From the NCBI GenBank assembly GCA_017443175.1, contig JAFSOZ010000003.1, positions 289,892 through 353,891 of the forward strand: 64,000 nt of DNA. Reading direction: 5' to 3'. The notes beneath the pieces are model-generated. The model worked only from the letters and a program-made list of their open reading frames with translations. It made no database searches and had not been told where the DNA came from. The position numbers and the translations under genes are program-made. This document shows positions 45,105-54,700 of the stretch, piece after piece (position 1 is the stretch's first letter; the number at the start of each line of letters is the position of its first letter). The DNA is from Bacteroidales bacterium. GTDB taxonomy: Bacteria > Bacteroidota > Bacteroidia > Bacteroidales > WCHB1-69.

Positions 45105-45135
45105 CATAATTGCTTATGTCATCTAACCTTAAGTA
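45105..45135 (-). terminator. Rho-independent terminator after rpmF
   Basis: On the minus strand: AGATGACATAA-gcaa-TTATGCCATCT (one A.C mismatch) followed by TTTT. Confidence 0.6.
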
Positions 45136-45155
45136 AAAAAAATGCAGGGGTGTGC

Positions 45156-45344
45156 TTACTGGGCGGCACCGCTGACTTCGATGGCTTGTTTGCCTCTGTA
45201 GTAACCGCATTCCGGACAAATACGATGTGTCAGGATGGGGGCACCACAATGGCTGCAAGTCGTCAACTGAGGAGCAGTGATGAAATCATGAGCTCTTCTC
45301 TTATCTCTTCTCATTGCTGAGTGTCTTCTTTTAGGATTCGGCAT
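45156..45344 (-). CDS. rpmF: 50S ribosomal protein L32
   Basis: MPNPKRRHSAMRRDKRRAH...CSHCGAPILTHRICPECGYYRG. Confidence 0.95.
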   Translation of the reverse strand: MPNPKRRHSAMRRDKRRAHDFITAPQLTTCSHCGAPILTHRICPECGYYRGKQAIEVSGAAQ

Positions 45345-45365
45345 AATATCTAAATTTTATAGTTA

Positions 45366-45920
45366 CTAATCTAATTTAAGATTCTTCAACGCTTCCCATC
45401 TCGGGTCCATTTCTTTTTCTTTCTCCGCTTTGGCTTTCTCCATTTCCTCCAACTTGCGCATCACCTCGGGATCGCACGTCGGGTTCCCATTCTCATCGTC
45501 CTCATGGACAATTCGGTGTGGCAACTCCAGGAAGATGGATTCATACACATAGTGGAAAATATCCAGCTCGTATGTATTCTCATCCATCACCCAGATGTCG
45601 TCATCATCATCATTTTCTCCCTCTTCCACCATAGGCACGAGCTTCACGATCAAGCGCGTGTCAAAATCCATCGGAATGGACACCGGCAGAAGGCAACGGT
45701 CGCACGGTGCAATCACATCACCTTCGAAATGGCAGTTCAAGACCACCAATTTCTCAGTTTTCTCCATTTCAACCCGCAAATGCAAGTTGCCGTCGCGCAC
45801 ATCGGAGATTTCAGCCAACTCAAAGAACTCTTTATTGCATTCTATTGAATAACAATATGTTCCGTCTTCAACTCCGGATAGCCGCAGCTTAAATTGATCC
45901 TTTAAGTCCTTTATATCCAT
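45366..45920 (-). CDS. yceD: YceD/DUF177 family protein (23S rRNA accumulation protein)
   Basis: Located directly upstream of rpmF. CDRCLLPV motif and an acidic C-terminus. Confidence 0.85.
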   Translation of the reverse strand: MDIKDLKDQFKLRLSGVEDGTYCYSIECNKEFFELAEISDVRDGNLHLRVEMEKTEKLVVLNCHFEGDVIAPCDRCLLPVSIPMDFDTRLIVKLVPMVEEGENDDDDDIWVMDENTYELDIFHYVYESIFLELPHRIVHEDDENGNPTCDPEVMRKLEEMEKAKAEKEKEMDPRWEALKNLKLD

Positions 45921-45939
45921 CGTTTGAATTTTTGGGCTG

Positions 45940-45947
45940 CAAATATA
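45940..45947 (-). promoter_or_regulatory. -7 promoter box TATATTTG (minus) for yceD-rpmF
   Basis: Plus-strand caaatata, 20 nt upstream of ATG 45920. Confidence 0.5.
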
Positions 45948-46070
45948 TGATTTTTTTAATATGAAAACTTTATATCCAACATATTTATTTTCACCATAGA
46001 ACAGCGTCTATTTTTTTCGTAACATTTTGTACCGAAAACACGACATACATTATATAATACATATTTTTAT

Positions 46071-46078
46071 TAATTTTG
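46071..46078 (+). promoter_or_regulatory. -7 promoter box TAATTTTG
   Basis: 25 nt upstream of ATG 46103. This argues for the MKRFLFF start. Confidence 0.5.
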
Positions 46079-46102
46079 CAGACGACAATAATCCCTTGCA
46101 TT

Positions 46103-48925
46103 ATGAAAAGATTTCTATTTTTTATTTTCATATTGTGTGTCAGCATAATGGTGCTTAGGGGCCAAACCACCGTTCTGATGGGTTCACAAGCCTCCGTAAC
46201 CAATTGCAATATATTAATTTACGACGATGGTGGTCTTACCGGCAATTACGCACCCAACGTCAACGAGACGCTCACCATTTTGTCCAACGACCCCAACAAT
46301 GGTTGTGTCATGGTGGAAATCACCGACTTAGACATTGATGTCTCCGACACGCTGACCATATACGACGGCGTGGGCACCAGCGGGCCGGTGCTCCACAAGA
46401 TCAACAACGACAACTACGATCCCACTGGCACCTTCCGCTATGCCGCCACCATACAGAACACCACGGGGGCCCTCACTTTGCAGTTCACCTCCGACGGGTC
46501 CGGCGAGGGCACCGGTTTCGAAATCCGCACCAGTTGCATCGCACCCTGCCAACGTATAACGCTCCACATCGACTCTGCCAACTGTTCCCATCTGCCTCAC
46601 CTCAACCCCGACGACGGCTATTATTACGTGGACGTATGCCCATACGACACCTTCTATTTCAGCGTGCGTGGCGAGTATCCGGACAATGACTTCAGCTATC
46701 ATCAAGCGGACAACACCACTACATTCCTTTGGGATTTCGATTTGGAGGAGATTGACAGCTTAGGCGGCAATTCCGTGAATTACTATTTCACGCCTGGCAG
46801 AGGGTACGATGTGTCCATCAGCGCTGCCGACCAGTCGCAATGTCTGTCGCTGATTCCCATCACTTTCCGCGTGCGCACGTCGAAGAACCCGATCCGCGAC
46901 ATCAGCCAGCTGCCACCCATCTGCACAGGCCAGCAGCTGGACCTGAGTGTGGGTTATGACCAGATTTCGAGTTTGCAGTTGGACTCTGTTGGCAGCGAGC
47001 AGATCACCTCTCTTGGAGTTACCGACACAGTGTTCCTGCCCGACGGCATCAGCTGTCCGCCCTACGGCTACTATTACCGCTCATACGTCAACTTCACCTC
47101 TTTTGCGCCCACCGCCACCATCACCAATGCCAACGACATCCTCTTTGTCCGCATCAAGATGGAGCATTCGGCCATCGAGGATATCCGTATCAAGCTGTTC
47201 TGTCCGAATGGCAGTTCATGCCGCATCGTGCCCGACTATCAGAACGACGGATGGGGCGGCATCACCCACTATTTCAGAACAAATCTGGGACGTGCCAACC
47301 GATTGCAGGAGGTAACCAGCTGCAATCCCGCCCAAAACCCCATGGGCGAAGCCTGGAACTATGTCTGGTCCAACAATACCACACTGGGTTACCAGTACGC
47401 AAGCGGCACCTACGGCTATTGCTATGAGCCCAGCAATATCCACTACATCTATAATCCCATGTGGGATGACGGCAGCTACTCCTACGTGATTGATTCAAGC
47501 AATGTGGCCAACATGACGCAGATCTACCACCCCAACCAGAGTTTTGCAGGCATGGTAGGCTGCCCGCTGAACGGCAACTGGTACATTGAAATCCAGGATT
47601 TGTGGACCAACGACAACGGATACCTGCACGAGTGGGAGATTGCGCTGGACCCGCATCTGCTGCCGCAGAACTGGTCATACGCCGTACACGTGGACACCAC
47701 ATACATAGTCGGCCCCGGAGCCAACAGCATGTACATCGTTCCCGATGTGTCCGGCGACATTTACTACACCGCCGTGGTGGTTGACGATTTCGGGTGCACC
47801 TACGACACCCTGATGCCTCTCCATGTGGTGCAGTCACCAAAACCCGAGTTGGGTGAGGATTTCCACATTTGCTACGGCGACCGGGCCATAATTACCAGCA
47901 ACTACAACGAGCCCAACACCACCTACGTGTGGAACACCGGCGACGACACCCCCGACATCCAAGTGGCATCAGCGGGGACTTACACGGTTTTCATAGCCAC
48001 TACGGACAGCACCAACAACCTGACCTGTTACGGCAGCGACACCATCAAAATAAGTGTGCTGGAAGTGCCCCATGCGGATTTTCGCATGGCAGACACCACC
48101 GGTTGCGCGCCCGCCACAGTCCGTTTGTTTGACGAGACCACCGTTGAAAACCCCAACTATTTGTACGAATGGATGATATTGCACGAGGACGGCTCTTTGG
48201 CATACGCCTCCCCCAACAAAAACCCGATAATCACCATTGAAGAACCCGGAATCTATACGGTAGGATTGCGCGTACACACACCCGAAGGCTGCTACGACTC
48301 ACTCTTTAAATGGAATTGCCTGCATATTTACCACCAACCGTTGGCCGAATTTGTTTCCGAACCTGAAATCTCCTTATACAGCGAAAGCAACGGCCTCATC
48401 CATTTCCACAATTACGCCGATTCCACCTTTGTGGAAAGCGGCGACATCAAACTGCGATGGGATTTCGGCGACGGCAGTTCCGACACGGCGGCTTTTTCAC
48501 CCGACCACACCTACGCTTCGTGGGGAGATTACGATGTCACCTTGAACCTTATAAGCAGCTTCGGGTGCTCCAGCAGCATCACACACACGGTGGTGATTGA
48601 GGACGACCTTGTCTTCCCGAATGTCATCACCCCCAACGGCGATGGGACCAACGACTGCTTTGCCATCCAGAACCTGAACATCCGCTACAACCCGGAGGAT
48701 CCCGACGAATACCGGTCCAACGAGCTGTACATCTATGACCGATGGGGGAAGATGGTCTATCATGCAAAAAACTACGACACCTACGCGGTTAACGGGGAGA
48801 TTGTCAGGGGAACGCAATATTTCGACGCTTCCCAGCTCAGCGACGGCGTGTATTACTATACATTTTATTATAAAGGAAAAGTGAAAACCGTTGATTATCA
48901 CGGCAGCATTACCGTGATAAGATAA
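46103..48925 (+). CDS. T9SS type-B (gliding-motility-associated) C-terminal-domain surface protein with CUB-like, proprotein-convertase P-domain-like and PKD-like modules
   Basis: Signal peptide MKRFLFFIFILCVSIMVLRGQ. CUB-like module: NILIYDDGGLTGNYAPNVNETLTI...TIYDG...LQFTSDGSGEGTGFEI. P-domain-like module: VRIKMEHSAIEDIRIKLFCPNGSS...GNWYIEIQDLWTNDNGYLHEWEIAL. Type-B CTD: VFPNVITPNGDGTNDCFAIQNL...YIYDRWGKMVY. Confidence 0.85.
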   Translation: MKRFLFFIFILCVSIMVLRGQTTVLMGSQASVTNCNILIYDDGGLTGNYAPNVNETLTILSNDPNNGCVMVEITDLDIDVSDTLTIYDGVGTSGPVLHKINNDNYDPTGTFRYAATIQNTTGALTLQFTSDGSGEGTGFEIRTSCIAPCQRITLHIDSANCSHLPHLNPDDGYYYVDVCPYDTFYFSVRGEYPDNDFSYHQADNTTTFLWDFDLEEIDSLGGNSVNYYFTPGRGYDVSISAADQSQCLSLIPITFRVRTSKNPIRDISQLPPICTGQQLDLSVGYDQISSLQLDSVGSEQITSLGVTDTVFLPDGISCPPYGYYYRSYVNFTSFAPTATITNANDILFVRIKMEHSAIEDIRIKLFCPNGSSCRIVPDYQNDGWGGITHYFRTNLGRANRLQEVTSCNPAQNPMGEAWNYVWSNNTTLGYQYASGTYGYCYEPSNIHYIYNPMWDDGSYSYVIDSSNVANMTQIYHPNQSFAGMVGCPLNGNWYIEIQDLWTNDNGYLHEWEIALDPHLLPQNWSYAVHVDTTYIVGPGANSMYIVPDVSGDIYYTAVVVDDFGCTYDTLMPLHVVQSPKPELGEDFHICYGDRAIITSNYNEPNTTYVWNTGDDTPDIQVASAGTYTVFIATTDSTNNLTCYGSDTIKISVLEVPHADFRMADTTGCAPATVRLFDETTVENPNYLYEWMILHEDGSLAYASPNKNPIITIEEPGIYTVGLRVHTPEGCYDSLFKWNCLHIYHQPLAEFVSEPEISLYSESNGLIHFHNYADSTFVESGDIKLRWDFGDGSSDTAAFSPDHTYASWGDYDVTLNLISSFGCSSSITHTVVIEDDLVFPNVITPNGDGTNDCFAIQNLNIRYNPEDPDEYRSNELYIYDRWGKMVYHAKNYDTYAVNGEIVRGTQYFDASQLSDGVYYYTFYYKGKVKTVDYHGSITVIR

Positions 48926-48952
48926 ATGACACTCTTTGTAATTCCTTTTTTG

Positions 48953-48960
48953 TATCTTTG
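48953..48960 (+). promoter_or_regulatory. -7 promoter box TATCTTTG for the GtrA-like gene
   Basis: It lies inside the longer track ORF (48926), 20 nt upstream of ATG 48980. Confidence 0.45.
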
Positions 48961-48979
48961 CGGCTCACTATTTTTTGAG

Positions 48980-49477
48980 ATGATAGAGAAACTCAAGGTA
49001 CTTATTGTTAAGATATTCACGCCTCAATTTATCAGGTTCATTCTCACGGCCATCCTGAACACGGCATTCGGCCTGATCATCAATTACGTGTTCCTGTTCA
49101 TTTTCGAGCATTTGCTCAAGATCAACCATGCATACGTCATCTCCAATTTTTTCGCCACCATCGTCAGTATCCTTTTCAACTTCAAGACGTACGGCATACT
49201 GGTATTCAAGAACAAGAACAACAAACTGCTTTTCAGGTTCCTGATGGTCACCTCGTTCACCTACTTGCTGAACATCGGCGGAATCGCACTGATGGAGCAT
49301 TTAGGAAGCCACAACAATTATCTGAACCTCACCTTAATGGCCATACCGGTTGGTTTGCTGAACTACATTCTGAACAAGCACTTTGTATATACCGACCGTG
49401 CCAAGAGATGGCACTGGTTCTGCCTGGTGGGCGTGCTGGCGATTGAGCTGACTCTCTTCCTGATCCTGAAATATTAG
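48980..49477 (+). CDS. GtrA family membrane protein
   Basis: FIRFILTAILNTAFGLIINYVFLFIF...FNFKTYGILVF...LLNYILNKHFVY. The start could instead be 48926. Confidence 0.75.
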   Translation: MIEKLKVLIVKIFTPQFIRFILTAILNTAFGLIINYVFLFIFEHLLKINHAYVISNFFATIVSILFNFKTYGILVFKNKNNKLLFRFLMVTSFTYLLNIGGIALMEHLGSHNNYLNLTLMAIPVGLLNYILNKHFVYTDRAKRWHWFCLVGVLAIELTLFLILKY

Positions 49478-50238
49478 GGTTGTTTCGGGAAGATGCCGAA
49501 CACGGCCGAACCGCTGCCCGACATGGCGGCATAGAGTGCACCGTCATCATAGAATTTCTGTTTGATACCTTCCAACTGCGGATGCAATTGGAAAACTGAT
49601 TCTTCAAAATCGTTGAACAGACAGTTTTTCCACTCATGCACGGGCACATCGCGCACGACGTCGGCGAAATTGAGGTCCGACTCATGCGGGCGCACACCTG
49701 CGTAGGCCTCGCGCGTGGAGACAAAGATGTCTGGCTTTATTATATATATATTGTATAGCGACAGGTCCAGGTCAACCGGGGTCATGATCTCACCGCGCCC
49801 TGTGGCATAGACGGGGGTGTTATCGATAAAAAAGGGGACATCGCTGCCCAGTTGCGCGGCGTAATGTTTCAGGATCCGGTTGTCAACGGGCAAATTGAAG
49901 TGCTCGGCCAGCAATTTGAGCGTAAACGCCGCATCGGCGGAGCCTCCGCCCAAGCCCGCGCCCGTAGGGATTTGCTTGTCGAGGGTCAACCGAACACCTT
50001 GGATGCCGTAGTCGCGCTGCAGCAGACGAAACGCCTTGACGCACAGATTGGCCTCATCCGGACCCACATCCTGTGCACTGCGGCAGACGAATTCAAAATC
50101 CTGTGGCACATTCTCCAAGAAGATATGATCCGTGAAATTATTTACCGGGTAGAACACGGTTTGCAAGTCATGATAACCATCCGGACGTTTCCTGATGATG
50201 TTCAGACCGAGGTTGATTTTGCAATTGACGAGAGACAT
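49474..50238 (-). CDS. ispE: 4-(cytidine 5'-diphospho)-2-C-methyl-D-erythritol kinase
   Basis: MSLVNCKINLGLNIIRKRPDGYHDLQTVF...IPTGAGLGGGSADAAF. ATG 50238. The 26-codon upstream extension in the track (SPFTPFTPFTFSPFT) is just the repeat element read in frame. Confidence 0.88.
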   Translation of the reverse strand: MSLVNCKINLGLNIIRKRPDGYHDLQTVFYPVNNFTDHIFLENVPQDFEFVCRSAQDVGPDEANLCVKAFRLLQRDYGIQGVRLTLDKQIPTGAGLGGGSADAAFTLKLLAEHFNLPVDNRILKHYAAQLGSDVPFFIDNTPVYATGRGEIMTPVDLDLSLYNIYIIKPDIFVSTREAYAGVRPHESDLNFADVVRDVPVHEWKNCLFNDFEESVFQLHPQLEGIKQKFYDDGALYAAMSGSGSAVFGIFPKQP

Positions 50239-50303
50239 GGATGGGTGAAGGGTAAAGGGTGAAAAGGTGAAAGGGGTAAATGGGGTGAAGGGTGAAAGGG
50301 AAA
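50239..50303. repeat. C-free G-run word repeat (GGGTGAA / GGGTAAA variants), 7 G-runs of 3-4
   Basis: atgggtgaagggtaaagggtgaaaaggtgaaaggggtaaatggggtgaagggtgaaaggg. There is no C on the plus strand from 50237 to 50306 by hand reading. It abuts the ispE start codon. Confidence 0.8.
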
Positions 50304-50388
50304 GTTCAAAGTTCAAAAATCAAAAATCAAAAATCAAAATATATTATGAATTCTGTATTTTGGATTTTGAATTTTGAATTTCGTATTT
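50304..50388. repeat. AT-rich imperfect inverted repeat built from TCAAAAA / TTTTGA(A/T) units
   Basis: The left arm ttcaaagttcaaaaatcaaaaatcaaaaatcaaaata faces the right arm tattttggattttgaattttgaatttcg across about 14 nt. It lies between the yitT stop and the ispE start. Confidence 0.7.
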
Positions 50389-50396
50389 CGGAGGGG

Positions 50397-51260
50397 TCAG
50401 AGTTTCAATGTGTCAAAGTTTTTTCCGAACACGCTGGAGGTTTTGGTGATGGTGACGAATGCGGTGCTGTCAATCTCTTTGATGATGCGGGTGACACGGA
50501 CCTTGTCAGATCGATGGGCGATGATCAGGAGCACGTCGCTCTCCTGGCGGTTGTACGAACCGTAGCCTTTCAGGAAGGTTGCGCCGCGGTGCAGTTCCTG
50601 GTTGATGCGATGAGAGATTTCGTCGTTTTTCTTGGAGAACACCATAAACTGATAGGTCTGGTGAAAGCCGTCTATCACCGTGTCGGCCACCAGCATACCC
50701 ACAAAAAGCACGACGAAGCTATAGACCAGTTTTGGCACATCATGCAAGATGAAAAATGAGGATCCCACGATAATGAGGTTGCACATCATATTGACTTTGC
50801 CGTATGAGATGTTGCGATATTTGCCCACCATGAGGGCAATGATGTCGAGGCCACCGGTATTGCCGCCCCAGTTGATGGAGATGCCGGCGCCGAGCGCACC
50901 CAGCGAGGCGCCGATGATGACGCTCATGAACATGTCATCCACAATGGGCTTGGTGAAGATACGTTGTCCGAGATAGAAAAACACGGATATGATGATGGTG
51001 CAAATCAGCGAGTTGATGCAGAATTTGGGGCCCAGGATTTTCCACGCGATGGCGATAAGTATGGCATTAAGCACGAAGGTGGTGACGCCAATGGGGATTT
51101 TGGTGGCGAAAAAGAGGATGGATGCAATACCGGCCACGCCGCCGCCCGTCACCTCAAAAGGAGTCATGAATGCGGACCATCCGAGCACGAAAATCGCCAA
51201 ACCAAGGGTGATGAAGAAGTAGTTTTTGATTTCGGTGAAGACCTGCTTGCGGGTTATCAT
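50397..51260 (-). CDS. YitT family membrane protein (DUF2179 C-terminal domain)
   Basis: Five predicted TM helices, then a C-terminal ...GATFLKGYGSYNRQESDVLLIIAHRSDKVRVTRIIKEIDSTAFVTI. Confidence 0.8.
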   Translation of the reverse strand: MITRKQVFTEIKNYFFITLGLAIFVLGWSAFMTPFEVTGGGVAGIASILFFATKIPIGVTTFVLNAILIAIAWKILGPKFCINSLICTIIISVFFYLGQRIFTKPIVDDMFMSVIIGASLGALGAGISINWGGNTGGLDIIALMVGKYRNISYGKVNMMCNLIIVGSSFFILHDVPKLVYSFVVLFVGMLVADTVIDGFHQTYQFMVFSKKNDEISHRINQELHRGATFLKGYGSYNRQESDVLLIIAHRSDKVRVTRIIKEIDSTAFVTITKTSSVFGKNFDTLKL

Positions 51261-51329
51261 AATAGGAGGATATATTTTATATAATTGATTTTTAAATAAT
51301 TAACTAATGATTAGCCTAATAATTTTTTG

Positions 51330-51337
51330 CAAAAATA
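51330..51337 (-). promoter_or_regulatory. -7 promoter box TATTTTTG (minus) for the yitT-like gene
   Basis: Plus-strand caaaaata, 70 nt upstream of ATG 51260. Confidence 0.45.
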
Positions 51338-51377
51338 ATTTTTTTTTCAAAAGTATTGAGACATATTAAAAAAAATG

Positions 51378-51385
51378 TATTTTTG
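51378..51385 (+). promoter_or_regulatory. -7 promoter box TATTTTTG for tRNA-Asn
   Basis: 30 nt upstream of the tRNA 5' end. Confidence 0.5.
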
Positions 51386-51414
51386 CAGCCGTTAACCAAA
51401 GCGGTTAAGCACCC

Positions 51415-51488
51415 GCTTCCTTAGCTCAGTTGGTTAGAGCATCTGACTGTTAATCAGAGGGTCCAAGGTTCAAGTCCTTGAGGGAGCG
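51415..51488 (+). tRNA. tRNA-Asn (anticodon GUU)
   Basis: Hand-folded. Acceptor GCTTCCT/AGGGAGC, D arm GCTC-AGTTGGTTA-GAGC, anticodon stem TCTGA/TCAGA with loop CTGTTAA, and T arm CAAGG-TTCAAGT-CCTTG. Confidence 0.9.
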
Positions 51489-51500
51489 CAAAACGGAAAA

Positions 51501-51534
51501 GCACTTGCGAAGATATTTGCGAGTGCTTTTTTTT
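51501..51534 (+). terminator. Rho-independent terminator after tRNA-Asn
   Basis: gcacttgc-gaagatattt-gcgagtgc (8 bp including one G.U) followed by T8. Confidence 0.7.
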
Positions 51535-51709
51535 GTATGCACTAACAAACGGACTAAAATTTCCTCGCTCATGCGGCATATTCTTCCCCGCACAGAGTGC
51601 AAACACACGCATTTTTCCATATACTTTTTTTTACACATGTAATCTATTGAAAATTAAACAATAAAATAAAAAAAGACAATGGCAGTGTTTTTTATATGTA
51701 AAAAAATGC

Positions 51710-51717
51710 TATTTTTG
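51710..51717 (+). promoter_or_regulatory. -7 promoter box TATTTTTG for the 2180-aa gene
   Basis: 69 nt upstream of ATG 51786. Confidence 0.5.
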
Positions 51718-51785
51718 CCAGATTAATGTTACTTTGTAAAAAAATATACGAGAAAATTTAAAATAATTAATAAAATAAACCACTT

Positions 51786-54700
51786 ATGAAAAAATTTCTA
51801 ACTTTAACCTTGACTGCGATTCTGTGTTGCCTGTTGACAGGCGTGGCACAGGCGCAAAGCGTTGAATCTAAGACTCAAACGTACAACTCTGGTTCCGGTA
51901 CATGGACCGCTCCCACAGGAGCCTGGAAAGTCACCAAGCTTGAGGCTTGGGGCGGCGGCGGCGGCGGCGGAAATTGCAGTAATAGATACCGGGTTGCTTC
52001 TGGCGGCGGCGGCGGCGCTTATGCTAAAACCACAACAGAGACATCTGTCATTCCAGGTGATCGATTGCCATTTTCGGTTGGTACTGGTGGCGCCGGTGGC
52101 GCAAATGGAAACGATTCTTGGATGAAAGCCAACGCTAACAGCACGGATTACTTGGTTAAAGCAAGTGGTGGTAGCAGTGGTACTTACGTAGTAAGACCAA
52201 CCTCTAATGGTACGGTAACAGCAGCTGGGGGAGCTGGTGGTTCAGTATCTACATCTTTTGGTACAGAAGAAACCATTGCTGGGGGCAATGGTTCCGATGC
52301 AACCATAACAAGAAGTGGCACCTATTCCTATTCTCAGAGTGGTGCGGGTGGAAAAGGTGCTAATGGCGGCAACGGAGGAAATTCTGTATCATCAAATTAT
52401 GCGGCCGGTAATGCAGGAACCGCTCCTGGCGGTGGTGGTAGTGGGGCCCGAAATACCAACAGAAATGGATACAGTTATAATGGTGGCGCCGGAGGCTCCG
52501 GTCGTGTGACAATCACCTACGAAATCCTCACCCTTACCGTGACACTGGACCAGAATTACTTCGGTGCCCCTGAAGCTGAAACTTTTGACATACTTTATTA
52601 TGACACATGCGGCAATAACCTTACAACTCCCGACCGTGGAGCACGTTACCTTTTCCTTGGCTGGTTTACCGAGCCCTCGGGCGGCACGCAAGTGACTGCA
52701 ACCGACACATGCAAATCCACCAGCAATGTTACGCTGTACGCACACTGGGCATACGCTGGCGCCATTACGACCATCACCGAAACTACAGACCCTTGCGGCA
52801 ATTATGAAGTAACGCAAGATACCGCAGCTGTGGGAGAAGTCGTCTATTCCTGGGAATACGCCTTCAACAATGGCAATTGGCAAGCCATCCCCAATGCCAA
52901 CACGGCTGCATTGACCCAAGAATACATGAATCTCAACCAAATGGGTACTTACCAGTTCCGCCGTTACATTACCGGCAACAGCCAGACAGTGATTTCCGGA
53001 GGAATTTACTCTGTTAAAGTAAAGGGTTTGAGCACTGCCGGTGCCATTGCTTCCAGCAGCAGATACTCATGTACAACAGGCTCCGACACGATCAAAAATG
53101 TAACGGAAGCAACACCGGAATACAGCACCAGTACGGTAACCTACATTTGGAAATACAGCAAGGATGGAGGTGCAGAAACCACTATTGACAACAGCAATTC
53201 CGCTTCCTACATCGCACAAAACCTGACAGCCGGTACATACGTATTCAAACGCTATGCCACGATAGGCTGCGCTGAGCCGGTAGTTTCCGCAGGTGAAGAT
53301 ACATTGATTGTGATTGATTTAAACAACTATACACCTACGGTTTCTGCCAACTACACCCAATTATGCGAGGGAGGTACATTAGAGATCGAAAGCGACAATT
53401 ATGAGCTTTCTGATATTGACCAAAATTATAACTATCCTGCATTCAAATGGATGATTTCTGAAGATGGCGACAATTACATTCAGGTTCCGGATATGTATGG
53501 AAAGACGCTTTCCCTGGTGATCAACAATGACGGCGACTACAAATTCTTTCTGAATTTGACCTACTTTGGCCTGCCTGCTTGTGTGATTTCCACCGACACC
53601 ACTGACATCACCGTGGTGGACGATCCTACTATCGGAGCTCCCAGCATAAGTGCCACTGAACCTATATGCCCCAACAGCGAAATAACAATGGAGGCTGCCA
53701 CTATTCAAGGTGGTGTGGGTATCTATACCTACACTTGGGAATTTCTGCCTGCTGGCGGAGATGAAACCACTGATTGGGTAGATACAGCTGCCTCTCAGGC
53801 TACCTACAGCAGCAACGCCACTGGCAGTATCCTTACGGCCAGCAACTTCCTGGTAACCGGTGATGTGAAATACAGAACCAAAATCAGCAATACACAAGGT
53901 TGCGATTTCACCAGCGATCCTGCTGCTTTGAGCATCAAAGAACTGCCCATTCCTACTGTAAGCCAAGCTATGGATGTATGTCCAGCTCCTGGCGACACTG
54001 CTTTCACCTTCATGGTGAGCACCACCGATCAGAGTTACGAATTAAGCTGGTTTGCTGATGCCACTTCCACCACTGCCATTCCAGCTCCGGAAACATCTCT
54101 CGCCAGTGAGGGTGTGATTACCTATTACGTGGCCCAACGCAACCCGGTTGACGACTGTTTAAGTGCCCGCGTACCTGTTACGTTGACTATTACCTACACC
54201 GCACACCTCGGCCACACCGGTGGCGACACAGTGCAGGTTGTATGCCAGAACAGCGCCATGGAGGCCATCACGTTCGACCATTCCGGAGACTGCGCCCCGC
54301 AAGTAACCTGGAATCCCAGCCAGCCCGCTGGTGTGACCGTGACGACGGAGAACGGCATCACCACCATTGCCGGTACTCCTGAAGAGGCCGGAAACTTTAC
54401 ATTCAAAGTGGAGTTGCATCCTGATGCCCAAACGGTTTGCGCTGCTCCCAACGTTTTCACCGGCAGAATTCAGGTAAACACTATATATAATGTAACGGTT
54501 GACACTACAATTTGTAGCGGCAGTGTTACGATTAGTGACAACAATGGCCACAGCTACACCTTCAGCGAGAGCGGCAATTACACAAGAACCTTGGAGGCAG
54601 TGACCGGCTGCGACAGCGTGGTGACATTGAACCTCTATGTGCATGAATGGAATCAGTTCGGATTCAAGGAAAATGAAGAGCTGATTGCCGGTTGGACCTC

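Noticed and set aside
50239-50396. CRISPR array or minisatellite interpretation of the word repeats here and at 60286-60343
   Set aside because: The units are only 7-14 bp with no unique spacers, and no cas genes are nearby. They are recorded as simple or structured repeats instead.
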